From: Proteromonas lacertae
Lineage: Eukaryota
Length of the DNA: 64,000 nucleotides
NCBI GenBank assembly: GCA_002245135.1
Contig: NGBS01000003.1
Span: 62,001 to 126,000 of the forward strand
Direction of reading: 5' to 3'
The notes beneath the pieces were generated by a model. That model saw nothing but the letters and a program-made list of their open reading frames with translations. It ran no database searches and was not told the DNA's origin. The translations under genes were made by a program, and so were the position numbers. Below, in pieces: positions 63,521 through 64,000 of this stretch (its first letter is position 1; each line of letters opens with the position of its first letter).

Positions 63521-64000
63521 ATGAAAATTGTGGATTTCAATGAAAACAATTATGCTTCTGTCAGAGAAGTGTTCTATTCAAAAACATTTGGAACTAGTTG
63601 TTTAGAAACATTTTATTTATCACTGCAATGTCCATTTTCCTTAGTTTTAAATAACTGCATGCAGTATATCCTTGGAGATTCTGTTGTGAGTAATGTTTTC
63701 ACCCAAGTGTTTATTGAGTTTTTCACTATTGTAATACCAATCATTCTAGCATATTCAGGTAGTTGTTGGATTTATTTTATAAATGTATTCACTCTAGTCC
63801 TTTTATTTCTTTTATACTTCATAACCAGAGGTGCAACTAAACCATTCATTTCCACATCAATATCCAAACAGAAAGAACAATCGCTATCCACACCAATAAA
63901 ACCATATCTAACCGAATCAAGAGGATATACAATGATTTCAACATCGTTTGCAATATTAGCTGTAGATTTCCCACTATTTCCACGTAAATATGCCAAAACA
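63521..64000 (+). CDS. PIGW: GPI inositol acyltransferase PIG-W/GWT1, 5' part (runs off the window)
   Basis: Open frame from ATG 63521 ending in the signature AILAVDFPLFPRKYAKT. Confidence 0.9.
   Translation, partial: MKIVDFNENNYASVREVFYSKTFGTSCLETFYLSLQCPFSLVLNNCMQYILGDSVVSNVFTQVFIEFFTIVIPIILAYSGSCWIYFINVFTLVLLFLLYFITRGATKPFISTSISKQKEQSLSTPIKPYLTESRGYTMISTSFAILAVDFPLFPRKYAKT

Noticed and set aside
63772..63996. 74-aa minus-strand ORF
   Set aside because: Antisense to the PIG-W coding frame.
1..64000. Stop-codon reassignment or widespread frameshifting suggested by fragmented ORFs
   Set aside because: Nearly all breaks resolve with 24-45 nt GT-AG introns, long ORFs read cleanly, and TAA, TAG and TGA all end genes.
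1..64000. Blastocystis-type stop codons created by polyadenylation (downstream TGTTTGTT)
   Set aside because: Every complete gene model here has an encoded stop, and the TGTTTGTT hits I noticed (e.g. about 19150, 20827, 43928) are inside coding sequence.
1..64000. tRNA, rRNA, CRISPR array, transposase/RT or viral genes
   Set aside because: None recognised by eye. Small ncRNAs cannot be excluded without a covariance-model search.

Overview
Gene-dense, very AT-rich eukaryotic nuclear DNA read in the standard code. It holds about 32 protein genes split by very short GT-AG introns (mostly 24-45 nt), so the ORF track fragments most genes and misses several (peptide deformylase, PIG-W, most first exons). 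The intron size, tiny intergenic gaps and gene content (plant-type NUDT14, MAPKBP1/WDR62, BTB + putative-Ig proteins, mitochondrial carriers, PDF) suggest a Blastocystis/Proteromonas-type (Opalinata) stramenopile; this is an inference. The window also carries cilium-associated genes (RSPH1-like MORN, CCDC81, IQ/cNMP protein). Main points of interest: (1) a three-copy pseudokinase-LRR family with all-phase-1 LRR exons, a probable gene-conversion tract and one deleted copy, resembling a variable receptor family; (2) a giant pseudo-receiver / pseudo-hydrolase / 6xIQ / SAM / ankyrin protein; (3) GH20 + EEP, fimbrin-ABD + 4xLIM, MORN + lamin-tail and signal-peptide + ZnF + PP2C fusions; (4) a probable non-canonical AT-AA (U12-like) intron; (5) recurrent promoter motifs. 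All exon structures were spliced by hand and family calls rest on motif recognition, not database searches.
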